Source: Candidatus Heimdallarchaeota archaeon (GTDB lineage: Archaea > Asgardarchaeota > Heimdallarchaeia > Heimdallarchaeales > Heimdallarchaeaceae). From it: a DNA stretch of 64,000 bases. The position numbers were made by a program, and so were the translations under genes. Under the pieces are notes generated by a model. That model had not been told where the DNA came from, ran no database searches, and saw only the letters and a list, made by a program, of their open reading frames with translations. Below, in pieces: positions 18,190 to 27,799 of this stretch (position 1 is its first letter; each line of letters begins with the position of its first letter). Location of the stretch: assembly GCA_021399395.1 (NCBI GenBank), contig JAAFKJ010000043.1, forward strand, positions 18,545 through 82,544, given 5' to 3'.

Positions 18190-20718
18190 TTAATCTTCAT
18201 CTAAATCTTGAAGTTGCTGTAGAATATTCTTCTCCCCTGCAAGAATTTCTTCCACAAAAAGATTTTTACTGATTTTTCTCAAAATCTCTAGAAGAACAGT
18301 TTCAGGAGAATCATAGGTCTTAGGTGCCCCTAGAATGCTTCTAATCGTTGTTGCTTTATTCCCCTCCCACTCACTAATGTTGTATTGAATCGTCAAAAGG
18401 AAACTTCCAAATTCCTCAATACCTGTACTTGCAAAATATTCAGATGCCTGCACAACTATTTCATTATAATCTTTTTCTCCTTTTACAATAAATTGCCAGA
18501 GTAAATCAATTAAAAACAATACTCCTCTCAAATAGTAATGTCTAGCTTCAATTACAAGACCACTGATTAAACCGATGTAGTTGTCAACCTCTTGTGCTAC
18601 AAATGGATCTCGGAGATTGTCCTTATTTATCTCAATTACAAGAAGTATCAGATTAAATAAAATACCCGAAGATATCAGTTTATCAGTTTCCAGTGTTTTT
18701 TGAATTGTTGTAGCTAAACTTGTATAAGCCTCAACATATTCTTCATTGTACATTTTCTTTAAAGCTTCAAGATATACAATCCAATTATCTAACTCACTTA
18801 TCTCACTTTGTGATTCTTTGAGCTGAGAAAGAACTTCTTCAAAGAGTTCATCATTCTTTTCAACTATATATAACAAACCCTTTTCCACATACATTTTGTT
18901 TAACATTAGTTTAAGATTATTATCAATTAAGTATCTTTCAACATATTTGTAATTCTCTTTGGAATCCTCAAATTTATTCAAATATAGATTGACTTTGGCT
19001 TTGTTCATGTTGATTATAACATTTTCAACGTAATCTTCTTCTTCGCTTAGTAATCCAAGTACTTTGTTATATCTTGCAAGACTTTCTTTGAAATCACCTT
19101 TAATAGCAAGAATATCAGCTATTTTTCTTAAACATCGTATTCTTTTATTTTTATCAAACACATCTGAGTAGTGACTGTAAGAAGATCTTAGTTTTACTAA
19201 AGCTTCATCAAATTTACCTTGCTGAATATCGAAGGAAGCTTGAAGTTCTTTAATTTCGGCAATTTTCATGCTATCTGATATACGTAAAAAGAAATTCTTT
19301 GCTTTTTCAAGATGACCCTCAGCTTTCCTTATATCGCTAAGTTTTGTATAAGCTTCCGCGATAACAATATCACAGTTTGCTATACTATCTTCATCACCTA
19401 CCTCGTAATACAGGATTTGACATGCTAAAAGTGTGAATATTTGTTTTCTGATATCTTCACTTCGATCAATAGCAATCTGAGCTCGAATTCTTAAGGCATC
19501 TGTTTTTCCTTTTTGATATTGGATTTCTTCAGAAAGTGTTTCAATTTGATTAGTTCTTTTAATGGCTGAAACAAAATTCCCTTGTCGATAGTCTCCTACT
19601 GCTATTTGCACCAAAGCCTTAGCAAATTGCCTTTTATTGGCTATATTTACGACCTGACCGTATGCTTTGTCATATATTTCTTGAGCTTCTTCCTTATTAT
19701 TTGTAGTTGCATAGCTATCTGCTATGGCCAGCAATGTCATGAAAGTGTTGTTGTAATCATGATATTGTTTAAAGAGAGAATGTGCCTTATCCAGGCTGTT
19801 TCGTGCTAATTTGTGGTTTCCTAATTTGACCAAAATTTGACCTCTGATATAATGCCCTTTGGCTGCATAATATTGAGATATTCCTTGGAGTTTATCCACT
19901 GTTTGTGCTGCTAGGATGTTTCCATTTTTCAGCTCACCTTTCAAAAAGTGCACATGTGCTAGTCCAACATCAGATGCACCAATTAGAGGAATATTAGATA
20001 GATTTTCTGCTAACTGTTTTGCTTGAGTAAATATTTTTTCAGAAGCTATATAGTCTGTTGAGTCTAGTTGTTGATCTCCCAATATCTGTAATGCAATTAA
20101 TTGCCAATACTGGTCTTTTGCTACTTTCCTTTTTTCAGCAAATTCCTCTATTTTCTTTATTCCAGCGATATTGCTTGCTGACTGAAGATCTACGAGACCT
20201 TCAATGAAATCCTTTAATTCAATTAATTGTTGAGGAATTCTTCTTATATTTCTTGAATCAAAAATGCCTTCCAATTGATTTTTGTATCTGTCAATATTTT
20301 CTGTGTCACCAATTAGTTGCTTAAGATATGTTATCCAGAAAATTGCTTCTATAAGAGGGATATTATCGGATGTTTCATTTTCGATTACCTGCTGAAGCAA
20401 GGTTATGGCTTCATCTACTTCACCTATCTCAAAAAGAGCAACACTACCCCAGACCTTAGTACCAACAATGGTGTCGGTTATGGATTTTATAGCAAGATCA
20501 TATTGACCTGTTATTACACCTATTTTACTAGCTAAATATCTTAGTTCTTCATCAGTTTCATAGACTGGATCATCAATAATGTTCCATAAAATTCTCCCTA
20601 TTTGCTTTGAGGATTCAGCTGAAAATCTTCCTTCAAGCGTTTGAACAATAAAATCAGTTAATTCAGGACTTATACGATTTCTGTGAGCAACAATCTCGGG
20701 GGGTATAGAATCAGCCAT
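18190..20718 (-). CDS. large TPR-repeat protein (842 aa)
   Basis: The ORF has many 34-aa Ala/Tyr/Leu-patterned repeats (YYAAKGHYIRGQ, AIADSYATTNNKEEAQEIYDKA and others) and no catalytic motifs. Confidence 0.7.
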   Translation of the reverse strand: MADSIPPEIVAHRNRISPELTDFIVQTLEGRFSAESSKQIGRILWNIIDDPVYETDEELRYLASKIGVITGQYDLAIKSITDTIVGTKVWGSVALFEIGEVDEAITLLQQVIENETSDNIPLIEAIFWITYLKQLIGDTENIDRYKNQLEGIFDSRNIRRIPQQLIELKDFIEGLVDLQSASNIAGIKKIEEFAEKRKVAKDQYWQLIALQILGDQQLDSTDYIASEKIFTQAKQLAENLSNIPLIGASDVGLAHVHFLKGELKNGNILAAQTVDKLQGISQYYAAKGHYIRGQILVKLGNHKLARNSLDKAHSLFKQYHDYNNTFMTLLAIADSYATTNNKEEAQEIYDKAYGQVVNIANKRQFAKALVQIAVGDYRQGNFVSAIKRTNQIETLSEEIQYQKGKTDALRIRAQIAIDRSEDIRKQIFTLLACQILYYEVGDEDSIANCDIVIAEAYTKLSDIRKAEGHLEKAKNFFLRISDSMKIAEIKELQASFDIQQGKFDEALVKLRSSYSHYSDVFDKNKRIRCLRKIADILAIKGDFKESLARYNKVLGLLSEEEDYVENVIINMNKAKVNLYLNKFEDSKENYKYVERYLIDNNLKLMLNKMYVEKGLLYIVEKNDELFEEVLSQLKESQSEISELDNWIVYLEALKKMYNEEYVEAYTSLATTIQKTLETDKLISSGILFNLILLVIEINKDNLRDPFVAQEVDNYIGLISGLVIEARHYYLRGVLFLIDLLWQFIVKGEKDYNEIVVQASEYFASTGIEEFGSFLLTIQYNISEWEGNKATTIRSILGAPKTYDSPETVLLEILRKISKNLFVEEILAGEKNILQQLQDLDED

Positions 20719-20789
20719 TAGTTAATCCTTCTATAAGCAATGATTATAAAATAAGGAGAGTTAACAATAAAAAAACTTTATGTAACTGA

Positions 20790-21083
20790 TTAATCCATCT
20801 TTAGTGCTTCAAGATTAACATTTACTACCTGTTCAATTCCAGGAATTCTTTCCTTTAGAATTCGTTCAACATATCCAGTTAATGTTAATTGACTATATGG
20901 ACATCCTCTGCATGCGCCTTGTAATTCTACTCTCACAATTCCAGTGTCCTCGTTTACATCAACAAGTTCTATGTCCCCTCCATCTTGTTGAAGAGCAACA
21001 CGAATTTCATTAAGTGTATCTTGAACTTTATCCTTCATAATTATCACAAATTTATTTGATTGTGAAAGCGTAGAGAGATTCAT
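20790..21083 (-). CDS. Nfu/NifU C-terminal-domain Fe-S cluster scaffold protein
   Basis: The Nfu block DGGDIELVDV...VELQGACRGCPYSQLTL is present. The true start is probably the internal Met at about 21038. Confidence 0.7.
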   Translation of the reverse strand: MNLSTLSQSNKFVIIMKDKVQDTLNEIRVALQQDGGDIELVDVNEDTGIVRVELQGACRGCPYSQLTLTGYVERILKERIPGIEQVVNVNLEALKMD

Positions 21084-21160
21084 TTAAAGATGTTTCTCTC
21101 ATACAAATTTTCAGAATTTGAATAGCTCATTCTCTTAAATTCAGAATAAACCTTGCTGCT

Positions 21161-21712
21161 CTAAAATATACCCTTGTCAAGTTTCATATACATACTACTC
21201 GTAAATGGAATGAGAGCCATAAATAATGCCCTCTTGAAAACTTCCTTTCTCATAACACGATTCCCAGTAAAAATTGCTGTACTTCCTCCTTTTTGTTTCA
21301 CATTTTCCTCGTTTGTTATTCTATCCATAATTTCCCCCAGCTCAATTTCTTTATTTTCTTTAAGTTCCTTGTAAATAGCTCTAGGGAGTGGCATTCTACC
21401 GCCACCGGCAATTGATTTTTCTCTTTTTCGATTTGCAATGCAAACATACCAAGTAAGAAAGGAACCAAAATGATCCTCTTCCATTCCCCCCTCCATGCTA
21501 ACATAATAATCAGCTTTTTCAAGATTTTGAGCAACTTCTATACGTTTCACAGCTGAATTAAGGGTTTCATCAGAGGACATTGGTTGCTTCATAACACCAA
21601 GTTTTTGAGAAAGATCTATTGTTTTAACTTCAACATTCTTAAAATGGGATTTAAACGCTTCTTCGGCAGCTGAAATCTTTACTGGGTTTTTTGAACAGAC
21701 AATTATTTTCAT
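21161..21712 (-). CDS. non-canonical purine NTP phosphatase (inosine/xanthosine triphosphatase, YjjX-like)
   Basis: The N-terminal block MKIIVCSKNPVKISAAEEAF and the YjjX family SMEGG/E motif are present; 183 aa. Confidence 0.7.
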   Translation of the reverse strand: MKIIVCSKNPVKISAAEEAFKSHFKNVEVKTIDLSQKLGVMKQPMSSDETLNSAVKRIEVAQNLEKADYYVSMEGGMEEDHFGSFLTWYVCIANRKREKSIAGGGRMPLPRAIYKELKENKEIELGEIMDRITNEENVKQKGGSTAIFTGNRVMRKEVFKRALFMALIPFTSSMYMKLDKGIF

Positions 21713-21771
21713 TATTTTCAGTCTCTAAATAATGATATCTTTTTTAAGCATGATGTACAATCATATTTTAG

Positions 21772-22608
21772 GTGTTTAGGATGAATGAGTGCCACTATTG
21801 TAGAAACCCGGTACAATCTCATTGGAACTTTTGTCGAAAATGTGGAGCAAGGCAGGTTCATAGAGAAGAACCAGAACTGGTTATAAAATCAGAAGAAGTC
21901 ATCGAAATAGCTAAAGAAGATCCAGAATCCCCAACAGGTATGATATATGAACCTCTTGAAGTAGAAGAGATCAAAGTTGAGGAAAAAGAAGAAAAGAAAG
22001 ATCTCACTGATGATGAGCTTGTTGAAAGAATTGCTGAAGTTATTATTAAGCGAGAGCAGTTTAATACACTCCTGAAAAAGAAAGCAGAACTTGATGATGA
22101 AATAAATAAACTTCTAGATCGAGTAAAAAACAAATTAATTCCTAGAGATGAAGCTTTACCAAAAATCAAGAAATTAAAAGAAGAAGTTGAATATATTACT
22201 TCCCAAGAAGATGAGTTTGAGGACTTTTCAGCTATTTTGCCAATCGAGGAGATTATAGAGGATAGAGAAAATGAACGTCAAAAACTCAAAAAACTATCCG
22301 GTTTAAAGGGAGACAAAGCTGTTAGTAGAGCTACGTTGGAAGAAATGGAAACTAAGTTTAAGAAAAACATCGATAATCTCAAAACAAAATTGAATATTGA
22401 GTTAGCAAAGATGCGAAAAACCTTTGATGCATTAGAAAGGAAAATGAAATCTCTTCAGAGAGATTTAGAAGTTCTGTATGTTAACTCACAAACTGGAGAG
22501 ATTACAGCTAAAAAATACGAGCAACATAAACAAGAGAAATCTAAAGAAATAGATAAAATGAAGAAAGTTAGTAAAACTGTTGCAAGTATTTTAGCAGAAG
22601 CAAGGTAA
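21772..22608 (+). CDS. hypothetical protein: N-terminal zinc ribbon plus a long charged coiled-coil
   Basis: CHYC...CRKC zinc-ribbon at the N-terminus, then Glu/Lys-rich heptad repeats. Confidence 0.5.
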   Translation: MFRMNECHYCRNPVQSHWNFCRKCGARQVHREEPELVIKSEEVIEIAKEDPESPTGMIYEPLEVEEIKVEEKEEKKDLTDDELVERIAEVIIKREQFNTLLKKKAELDDEINKLLDRVKNKLIPRDEALPKIKKLKEEVEYITSQEDEFEDFSAILPIEEIIEDRENERQKLKKLSGLKGDKAVSRATLEEMETKFKKNIDNLKTKLNIELAKMRKTFDALERKMKSLQRDLEVLYVNSQTGEITAKKYEQHKQEKSKEIDKMKKVSKTVASILAEAR

Positions 22609-22620
22609 GTGGGTGTAAAA

Positions 22621-23607
22621 ATGATATCAGATCCAATTCATACAATTAATGATAAATTAACTATTATAGATGGACCTTCTGGTGATGGAGGAGAACGTAA
22701 TAGAGGATATTTACTTGGTAAAGACTCTTTTACTATCATAAATACTGGAAGGAAGGGAAGTATAGAGAATACATTTCTTGAGGCTATTCATAATAAGGGA
22801 AAGGACACAAAGGATGTAAAATATATTTTCATAACTCATCCTTATCCAGATGTAATAGGTGGAGTTTATCGTTTAAAGAAAATATTTCCAAAAGCTCAAG
22901 TAGCTATCCATGAAAAATGCGAAGAAATAATGAAAGATCCGAATGCAATTAGAGACGATAATTTTAAATTTACTCGAAAAGAAAAATTGTATTTTGCTAT
23001 AAAGAAGGATCCTTTTGACGATTTGGAGAAATTCAAACCAGATATATATTTCAAAGATGGAGATAAGTTCGAATTGGATAACACAAAACTGATGGTGATA
23101 AACTTTGACAGTGTATGTAAAGGTCATAGTATGTTCTTCGCAACAAAAGAAAGAGCTATGTTCACAGGCGATGCCCTTAATCTCTATCCTGCATTACCCA
23201 GCAGTTATCTGATTGATTTTTCAGGATCATACAAGGACTGGTTAAAGAATCTTTCATTTCTTGAAAAAGCACAGAACATATCAATGATATGTCCAGCTCA
23301 TGATGGATATCAAGAAGATAGACATGTCATTCCATACATCTCTGATGTAAAAGAAGCTTTCAACCAATTCGAAAATCAACTCGAAATGGCAATGACTGAG
23401 CAGAAGTATTTGACTATGAATGAACTGATTGAAAGAGTTCACAATTCCCAAGGAATTGTCTGGTATCATCCATATTCTATTCTTGCGCCAAAAGCAAACA
23501 TGACTGCACATCTAGCAAAATTGGTGGATGAACAAAAAGTCCAAAGAAACGAAAAAACAGATCCAGTTACTTATACTTACATCGCTCCAAAAGATGAATT
23601 TTTCTAA
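22621..23607 (+). CDS. divergent metallo-beta-lactamase-fold protein
   Basis: ITHPYPDVIGG sits at the position of the HxHxDHxGG motif and later His residues (KGHSMFF, CPAHDG) are present, but the motif is degenerate. The start is moved to the ATG (MISDPIH) rather than the GTG in the track. Confidence 0.45.
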   Translation: MISDPIHTINDKLTIIDGPSGDGGERNRGYLLGKDSFTIINTGRKGSIENTFLEAIHNKGKDTKDVKYIFITHPYPDVIGGVYRLKKIFPKAQVAIHEKCEEIMKDPNAIRDDNFKFTRKEKLYFAIKKDPFDDLEKFKPDIYFKDGDKFELDNTKLMVINFDSVCKGHSMFFATKERAMFTGDALNLYPALPSSYLIDFSGSYKDWLKNLSFLEKAQNISMICPAHDGYQEDRHVIPYISDVKEAFNQFENQLEMAMTEQKYLTMNELIERVHNSQGIVWYHPYSILAPKANMTAHLAKLVDEQKVQRNEKTDPVTYTYIAPKDEFF

Positions 23608-23617
23608 GCGTCTTTGC

Positions 23618-24802
23618 TTAGAATTCTTTTATTATTTCTTTCAAAACTGAGAATGGATTTTCTATGTTTTTTACAGAAACTTGTGCGAATGCTTTGCTTC
23701 CTCCTCCTTTTGCATCAGTTTTAGAACCAAAAGCACTTACAACTTCATTTGCCGGTAAAGACTCGATAGTTGAGAGGAGATATAAAATATCGTTACTCCC
23801 CAATAAACCAAGAAAAGCGTTGTTCTCAAGCTCCTTAGCAGATGATTGTATGATTTGTCTATCTAATTGTTCTAATTCAAGAAGAGTTACTTGCTTACCA
23901 TTAATTTCCTCACTCCAGATTTTAGTATTTTCAAAAATCATTTTTAATAGTTTAACATTTCCTTGAATTAGGGTTTCAGCGTTTTTTAGTTTGTTTGAAA
24001 TCAATTCAATAAGTTTCTTATCTTTCTTTTCGGTAATTTCTTCTAAATTGATCATCAACTCTCGCTGTTGATTAGCGAAGTCGAATGCAAGTTCATCGAC
24101 AAAATATTTGATAAGATTTCCTTTGACAGTATCCAATACAATCCCTTTAATCTCTGAAAGATTTTTGACATGAATACCACCACAACCTACTAGATCATAC
24201 CCTTCTTCAGAGCCGAGTTGAATTAAACGGATGGTTTTTTCATCAGAAGTCTTTCCTCTTATTTTTGATTTATATTCACTAGAATAAGTTTCTTGATTAA
24301 CTATGATGGATACAACTTCATCTCCTTGATGTAACATTCGGTTTACTTCTCTGAAAGCATCAACAATCTCAGAAAGTTTAAGCCTTTTATCAACTTCAAT
24401 CTCTACTCTCCCAATTTCAAAATTAGCTTTAGTTGTTTGGCACCTGTATCTCTTTATTAAAACATGAGTGAGTAGATGTTGAGAAGAGTGTGCCCTCATA
24501 AAACTATATCTCCTTTCCCAGTCAAGTTTAAGCAGAACTTCTTCACCAATTTTAAGAGGAATTTTTTTATCCATCTTAATCTTATGCCAGTATCCATCAT
24601 CTTCTTTGAAAACTTCACTAACAGGAAACTCAGTTGTTTGATATATTATGTATCCTCTATCATGTAACTGTCCTCCCCCTCCTGGATAGAAAATTGTTTG
24701 ATCAAACTGTAGCTTAGAATCTCTAATATTTGTTATTTTAGCTTTAATCTCTTTTTGATAGGGTGAATCCCAATATATGGGGTTAGAAGTTTCCTGATTC
24801 AT
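23618..24802 (-). CDS. alaX: AlaX-type alanyl-tRNA editing protein (AlaRS editing-domain homolog)
   Basis: The zinc-binding HxxxH (HSSQHLLTH) and CxxxH (CGGIHV) editing-site motifs are present; the 394-aa size fits AlaX-L. Confidence 0.8.
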   Translation of the reverse strand: MNQETSNPIYWDSPYQKEIKAKITNIRDSKLQFDQTIFYPGGGGQLHDRGYIIYQTTEFPVSEVFKEDDGYWHKIKMDKKIPLKIGEEVLLKLDWERRYSFMRAHSSQHLLTHVLIKRYRCQTTKANFEIGRVEIEVDKRLKLSEIVDAFREVNRMLHQGDEVVSIIVNQETYSSEYKSKIRGKTSDEKTIRLIQLGSEEGYDLVGCGGIHVKNLSEIKGIVLDTVKGNLIKYFVDELAFDFANQQRELMINLEEITEKKDKKLIELISNKLKNAETLIQGNVKLLKMIFENTKIWSEEINGKQVTLLELEQLDRQIIQSSAKELENNAFLGLLGSNDILYLLSTIESLPANEVVSAFGSKTDAKGGGSKAFAQVSVKNIENPFSVLKEIIKEF

Positions 24803-24872
24803 TGATGGGAATACTTTGTTTTAATAAAAAAAGTTGTGATAGAATAGAGGAAATAAGAAATAAAGGTAGGAA

Positions 24873-25517
24873 TTATTGCTTCTTCAGTTTCCCACCACAG
24901 CTTGTACAAAATTCATCAGCTGCATTATTGGTAGCTCCACAGTTAGTGCAGAAAACCTCCCCAGCTTGTTTTACTGGTTTCTCTACAGGTTGGTAAGTAG
25001 CTTGAGCTGGTTGAACAGGTTGGTAAGTAGCTTGAGCTGGTTGAACAGGTTGGTAAGGAGCTGATACATCTGTCTGTTCTCCTGCTTTATCTTTCCATAC
25101 AGCTTCACCTATGGCTGATCCAATAGCTGCTGTTCCAACAAAAATAAGTGATGCTACTATCATTACAACTATGAAAATTATCCCAATAACAACAAGCAAT
25201 ATGGCCCCTACTCCTCCTATTAAAGCACCGAAAATGTCATCAGCTAGGTCTTGAGCAAAAGTTTCTCCTGCAGCGAACATTATAACTCCAACTACTATTC
25301 CGAAAAGAGCCATTAACCCAGAAATAGCGCCTGCAATTTTAACTCCATCACTCTTATATGCCAAGAATCCTAAAACTAATCCACCTAGTATGACTCCTCC
25401 TGTTGTAAAACCTAGAGTGCCATAGTTTCCTGTATTTAGGAAAATTGCCATAGGAATCATTATTCCGAGTCCTGCTACAGTTCCTAATAAATCGAATAAT
25501 AATCTATTACGTGCCAT
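24873..25517 (-). CDS. membrane protein with a Gly-rich TM region, a tandem 10-aa Pro/Gln repeat linker and a C-terminal zinc ribbon
   Basis: Several glycine-zipper-like helices are followed by a 10-aa unit (ATYQPVQPAQ/QPVQPAQATY) in ~2.5 tandem copies, then CTNC...CTSC. Confidence 0.55.
   Translation of the reverse strand: MARNRLLFDLLGTVAGLGIMIPMAIFLNTGNYGTLGFTTGGVILGGLVLGFLAYKSDGVKIAGAISGLMALFGIVVGVIMFAAGETFAQDLADDIFGALIGGVGAILLVVIGIIFIVVMIVASLIFVGTAAIGSAIGEAVWKDKAGEQTDVSAPYQPVQPAQATYQPVQPAQATYQPVEKPVKQAGEVFCTNCGATNNAADEFCTSCGGKLKKQ
24988..25065. repeat. 30-bp tandem repeat, ~2.6 copies (ggttggtaagtagcttgagctggttgaaca), coding
   Basis: Perfect copies at 24988-25017 and 25018-25047, then a partial diverged copy. 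They encode the 10-aa repeat of the CDS on the minus strand. Confidence 0.8.
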
Positions 25518-25627
25518 GAATTATTACTATGCTTTTAACTATATATTTGTTTAGAAACCAGAAAATCCTCATTTTCTCTATTTAAAAAGTATTATTCCAA
25601 AAATTTTTAACAAAACACAAAGAGTGA

Positions 25628-27061
25628 TTGTTGAGAGCTATGACAGCACGACTAGAAAAATATTTCAACGCTAAATCATTCTGCGTTGTAGGGGCATCGA
25701 CAACACCAAATAAACCTGGAAATGTCGTAGCATACAATTTTGTTAATTATTTTCCGGGAAAAACATACTTGGTTAATCCAAGAGGTGGAGAATTATTCGA
25801 TAAGAAACTCTACAAATCAGTTCTGGAAATTGATGATCAGATTGATGCGGCTTGTATAATTGTTCCTGCTAAATATGCACCACTAACATTAGAACAATGT
25901 GGTCAGAAAGGTATAAAAAATGTGATAATTACTACTGGTGGTTTTAGTGAAGCAGGTGAAGAAGGTTTAGCATTACAAAAACAAATGCTTGACATTATGG
26001 ACAAATATCAAATAAACGTTATCGGTCCAAACTGTTTAGGATTATATTCTCCTGCACTAGGTTATGACACAATGTTTTTGCCAGCGAGCAAATTAAAGAG
26101 ACCAAAGAATGGGCCTGTATCGATATTTACACAAAGTGGAGCTTTTGGTGCTGCTTTTATTGATCAATTATCTAGATTGGGCTCTGGAAAATGGGTATCC
26201 AAGTTTGTATCCTATGGAAATGCCAGTGATATAAATGAAACAGATGCTCTGGAATATGTTGGTGGTGATCCTGATACTAAGATGGTTCTCATCTATCTTG
26301 AGGATTTCAAAGATGGACGAAGATTTATGGAAAAAGCGAGAGAGATTTCTTTAACGAAACCTATTATGGGGATTAAAGCAAATAGAACCGAAACAGGCGC
26401 AAAGGCAGGGGCCTCTCATACAGCTGCTCTATCCTCAGATGATGCAATTGTTGATGATCTATTGAGTGATGCGGGTGTCATAAGAGTAATAACATGGGAT
26501 CAACTAGAAGATTGTGTTCTGGTATTTGGTACACAACCTCTTCCTCTAGGTGATCGAGTAGCAATAGTAACTGATGGTGGAGGAGCAGGAGTAATGGCCT
26601 CTGATATGGTTTCTGATTGTAATCTGAAATTAGCAGAATTTTCTGTAGATGTCCAAACTAAATTGGATGAGATTTTCCCATCATTTTATTCTACAGGAAA
26701 CCCCATTGATATTACAGGAAGTGCGACAGCTGAAGATTATAGGATAGCCTTAGAAGCAGCTTATAACGATCCAAATGTTGATTCAGTTGTTAATATTTGT
26801 GTCCCCGTAATCCCTGACTTAGATATTAATGAATATATAGCTATTACAAAGGAAATTGCGAAGAGAAAGGAAAAGCCATTCGTTACTTCTCTTGTAGGTG
26901 GTGAAGAAGCAGATTTCGCAACTGCTGAATTACTAAAAGAAGATATTCCTGTTTTTACTAGTCCTGGAAGAGCTGTTAAGGCTTTAGGAATGTTAACTGA
27001 TTATACGAAATATTTGAAGAAAAGAGGAGTGGATCCTCGTTCAATTTTGGCGGAGGAGTAG
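25628..27061 (+). CDS. acdA: acetyl-CoA synthetase (ADP-forming), alpha subunit
   Basis: A CoA-binding Rossmann N-terminus and a succinyl-CoA-synthetase-like domain with the catalytic His context (GASHTAAL) are present; 477 aa. Confidence 0.85.
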   Translation: MLRAMTARLEKYFNAKSFCVVGASTTPNKPGNVVAYNFVNYFPGKTYLVNPRGGELFDKKLYKSVLEIDDQIDAACIIVPAKYAPLTLEQCGQKGIKNVIITTGGFSEAGEEGLALQKQMLDIMDKYQINVIGPNCLGLYSPALGYDTMFLPASKLKRPKNGPVSIFTQSGAFGAAFIDQLSRLGSGKWVSKFVSYGNASDINETDALEYVGGDPDTKMVLIYLEDFKDGRRFMEKAREISLTKPIMGIKANRTETGAKAGASHTAALSSDDAIVDDLLSDAGVIRVITWDQLEDCVLVFGTQPLPLGDRVAIVTDGGGAGVMASDMVSDCNLKLAEFSVDVQTKLDEIFPSFYSTGNPIDITGSATAEDYRIALEAAYNDPNVDSVVNICVPVIPDLDINEYIAITKEIAKRKEKPFVTSLVGGEEADFATAELLKEDIPVFTSPGRAVKALGMLTDYTKYLKKRGVDPRSILAEE

Positions 27062-27063
27062 AA

Positions 27064-27750
27064 ATGAGCGATATTAACCATATTATACAAAAAGTAAAAA
27101 TAGAAAATCGTGATGCACTTCTAGAACATGAGGCTAAAGAAGTTCTGAAAGCAATTGGAATTCATATTCCCCCTTCTATACTTGCTAATAATGAACAAGA
27201 AGCAGTTGATGCAGCAGATTCTTTTGGCTATCCAGTTGTGATGAAATTAATGTCTCCAGACGTTCTTCATAAAACAGATGCTAAAGCTGTTATAATTGAT
27301 CTGAATTCCTCTGAAGCTGTTAGACATACTTTTCAAGATTTCATGAATCGATTTCAAGGGGTGAATGTTGCAGGAGTACTTGTCGAAAAAATGGTCGAGA
27401 AGGGTATTGAACTAATTATTGGAACTAATACTGATGATGATTTTGGACCTGTGATACTTTTTGGTGTTGGAGGTGTTTTAGTTGAGGCTATCAAAGATGT
27501 TGTATTCATGATGTGTCCAACAACAAAGGAACAAGCCACCGATGCTATAAATGAAATAAAGGCCAAAGTTATTTTAGAAGGATTTAGAGGACTCCCAGCA
27601 GTAAACAAAGATGAATTAGCAGATTTAATTGTTAAAATATCCTCACTTGCTTGGGAATATAGAGAAGATATACTTGAAATGGATATCAATCCAATAATAG
27701 CTAACAGCTCAGGACTTCATCCTGTTGATGCAAGAATCATTTTGAAATAA
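27064..27750 (+). CDS. acdB: acetyl-CoA synthetase (ADP-forming), beta subunit (ATP-grasp)
   Basis: Begins 2 nt after acdA. ATP-grasp blocks are present (YPVVMKLMSPDVLHKTDAKAV, GFRGLP, MDINP). Confidence 0.8.
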   Translation: MSDINHIIQKVKIENRDALLEHEAKEVLKAIGIHIPPSILANNEQEAVDAADSFGYPVVMKLMSPDVLHKTDAKAVIIDLNSSEAVRHTFQDFMNRFQGVNVAGVLVEKMVEKGIELIIGTNTDDDFGPVILFGVGGVLVEAIKDVVFMMCPTTKEQATDAINEIKAKVILEGFRGLPAVNKDELADLIVKISSLAWEYREDILEMDINPIIANSSGLHPVDARIILK

Positions 27751-27799
27751 CTACTTCTTTCTTTTCTTTTTCTTACTTAAAATAGAAAAGAATATTGTA

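Noticed and set aside
21858-22169. A Ser-rich 103-aa minus-strand ORF inside the zinc-ribbon/coiled-coil gene
   Set aside because: It is the antisense reading of a Glu/Lys-rich coding region (GAA/AAG codons read as TTC/CTT, giving Ser/Phe/Leu runs), which is a classic shadow ORF.
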